NCBI GenBank assembly: GCA_000002445.1
Contig: CM000207.1
Span: 2,496,001-2,560,000 of the forward strand
From: Trypanosoma brucei
Taxonomy: Eukaryota
Length of the DNA stretch: 64,000 nt
Direction of reading: 5' to 3'
Of this stretch, positions 63,519 through 64,000 are shown one piece after another. The notes beneath the pieces are model-generated. The model ran no database searches, was not told where the DNA came from, and was given only the letters and a program-made list of their open reading frames with translations. Numbering within the stretch: position 1 is the stretch's first letter; each line of letters opens with the position of its first letter. A program made the translations under genes and the position numbers.

Positions 63519-64000
63519 CCCTAGCGATGCCGGCCACCTCAACGTGGTGCCAGGGTCCATTACCCCGTATCATCGGGGGAAGCCAAGAGCCAGCAGAGTT
63601 CCTTTCATGGGGAACACTGCTGTGCTCCGGCTACGGCATCATACAGCACAGGGATCAGCAGCGTCTTGCTGGGACACCGTTTTTCATTTGTCGGTCCCTG
63701 GGCACGTGGCTAGCGTGCCATCAGCAGTATCATCCGCACTAAGATGCTGCTGTCCGGTGATGTGGAAGAGAATCCCGGCCCGTCGTTGCGCGGGATGCAG
63801 TGGAACTGCGCCGGGCTATCTCAAGGAAAGAGATTAGCACTCCACAAAACCCTTGTTGATGAGCGGATCGCCTTTTGTCTGTTGAGCGAGACAAGGATGA
63901 CGCTTGGAGAGGCGGCTTTCTTTAGCGTTGCTGACTACCAACATCATGGAATAGCTCGTAACTGCAAAGGAGGTGGTGTATCAATACTAGTGAGGGAGGA
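63519..64000 (+). mobile_element. ingi: Second ingi copy (5' end, + strand) running off the end of the window
   Basis: From 63526 the sequence GATGCCGGCCACCTCAACGTGGTGCCAGGG... is the reverse complement of 48591-48620. From about 63742 it encodes MLLSGDVEENPGPSLRGMQWNCAGLSQGKRLALHKTLVDERIAFCLLSETRMTLGEAAFFSVADYQHHGIARNCKGGGVSILVRE. Confidence 0.9.

Overview
This window is a eukaryotic subtelomeric silent VSG (variant surface glycoprotein) array of the Trypanosoma brucei type, not a prokaryotic locus. Three things support that call: an ingi non-LTR retrotransposon, TTAGGG-like relics, and the VSG 3'UTR 16-mer TGATATATTTTAACAC. Thirteen or more VSG cassettes lie head-to-tail on the + strand from about 9.1 kb to 63.5 kb. 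Each cassette consists of a 70-bp-repeat block with its (TRR)n triplet tract, a 1.3-3 kb upstream region, a VSG ORF (Ala/Thr/Lys-rich, N-terminal signal peptide, Cys-rich C-terminal domain, hydrophobic GPI-signal tail), and a 3'UTR carrying the 16-mer. Two VSGs look intact (36076-37620 at 514 aa, and 53081-54598 at 505 aa). The others are pseudogenes with frameshifts, single in-frame stops, truncations, or orphan C-terminal 3' fragments. A near-full-length ingi element sits on the minus strand at about 43.37-48.63 kb. It carries one 1526-aa ORF with APE, RT, RNase H and C2H2 zinc-finger regions and an N-terminal 2A-like DVEENPGP motif. A second ingi copy on the + strand begins at about 63.52 kb and runs off the window end, fused in frame to a VSG N-terminus. 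A beta-1,3-glycosyltransferase-family (GT67-like) pseudogene with one in-frame TGA lies at 34812-35912, directly upstream of the intact VSG at 36076. The leftmost 9 kb differs from the rest: it holds a minus-strand VSG C-terminal fragment with inverted 70-bp-like sequence, an unexplained GC-richer segment at 8.48-9.15 kb, and about 7.5 kb of AT-rich sequence without recognisable genes. The supplied ORF track allows non-ATG starts, so several ORF 'M' residues are not real initiators; true ATGs were checked by eye where stated. I found no prokaryotic-style system (CRISPR, operon or defence island). The noteworthy biology is the structure of the VSG array and the transposon junctions.
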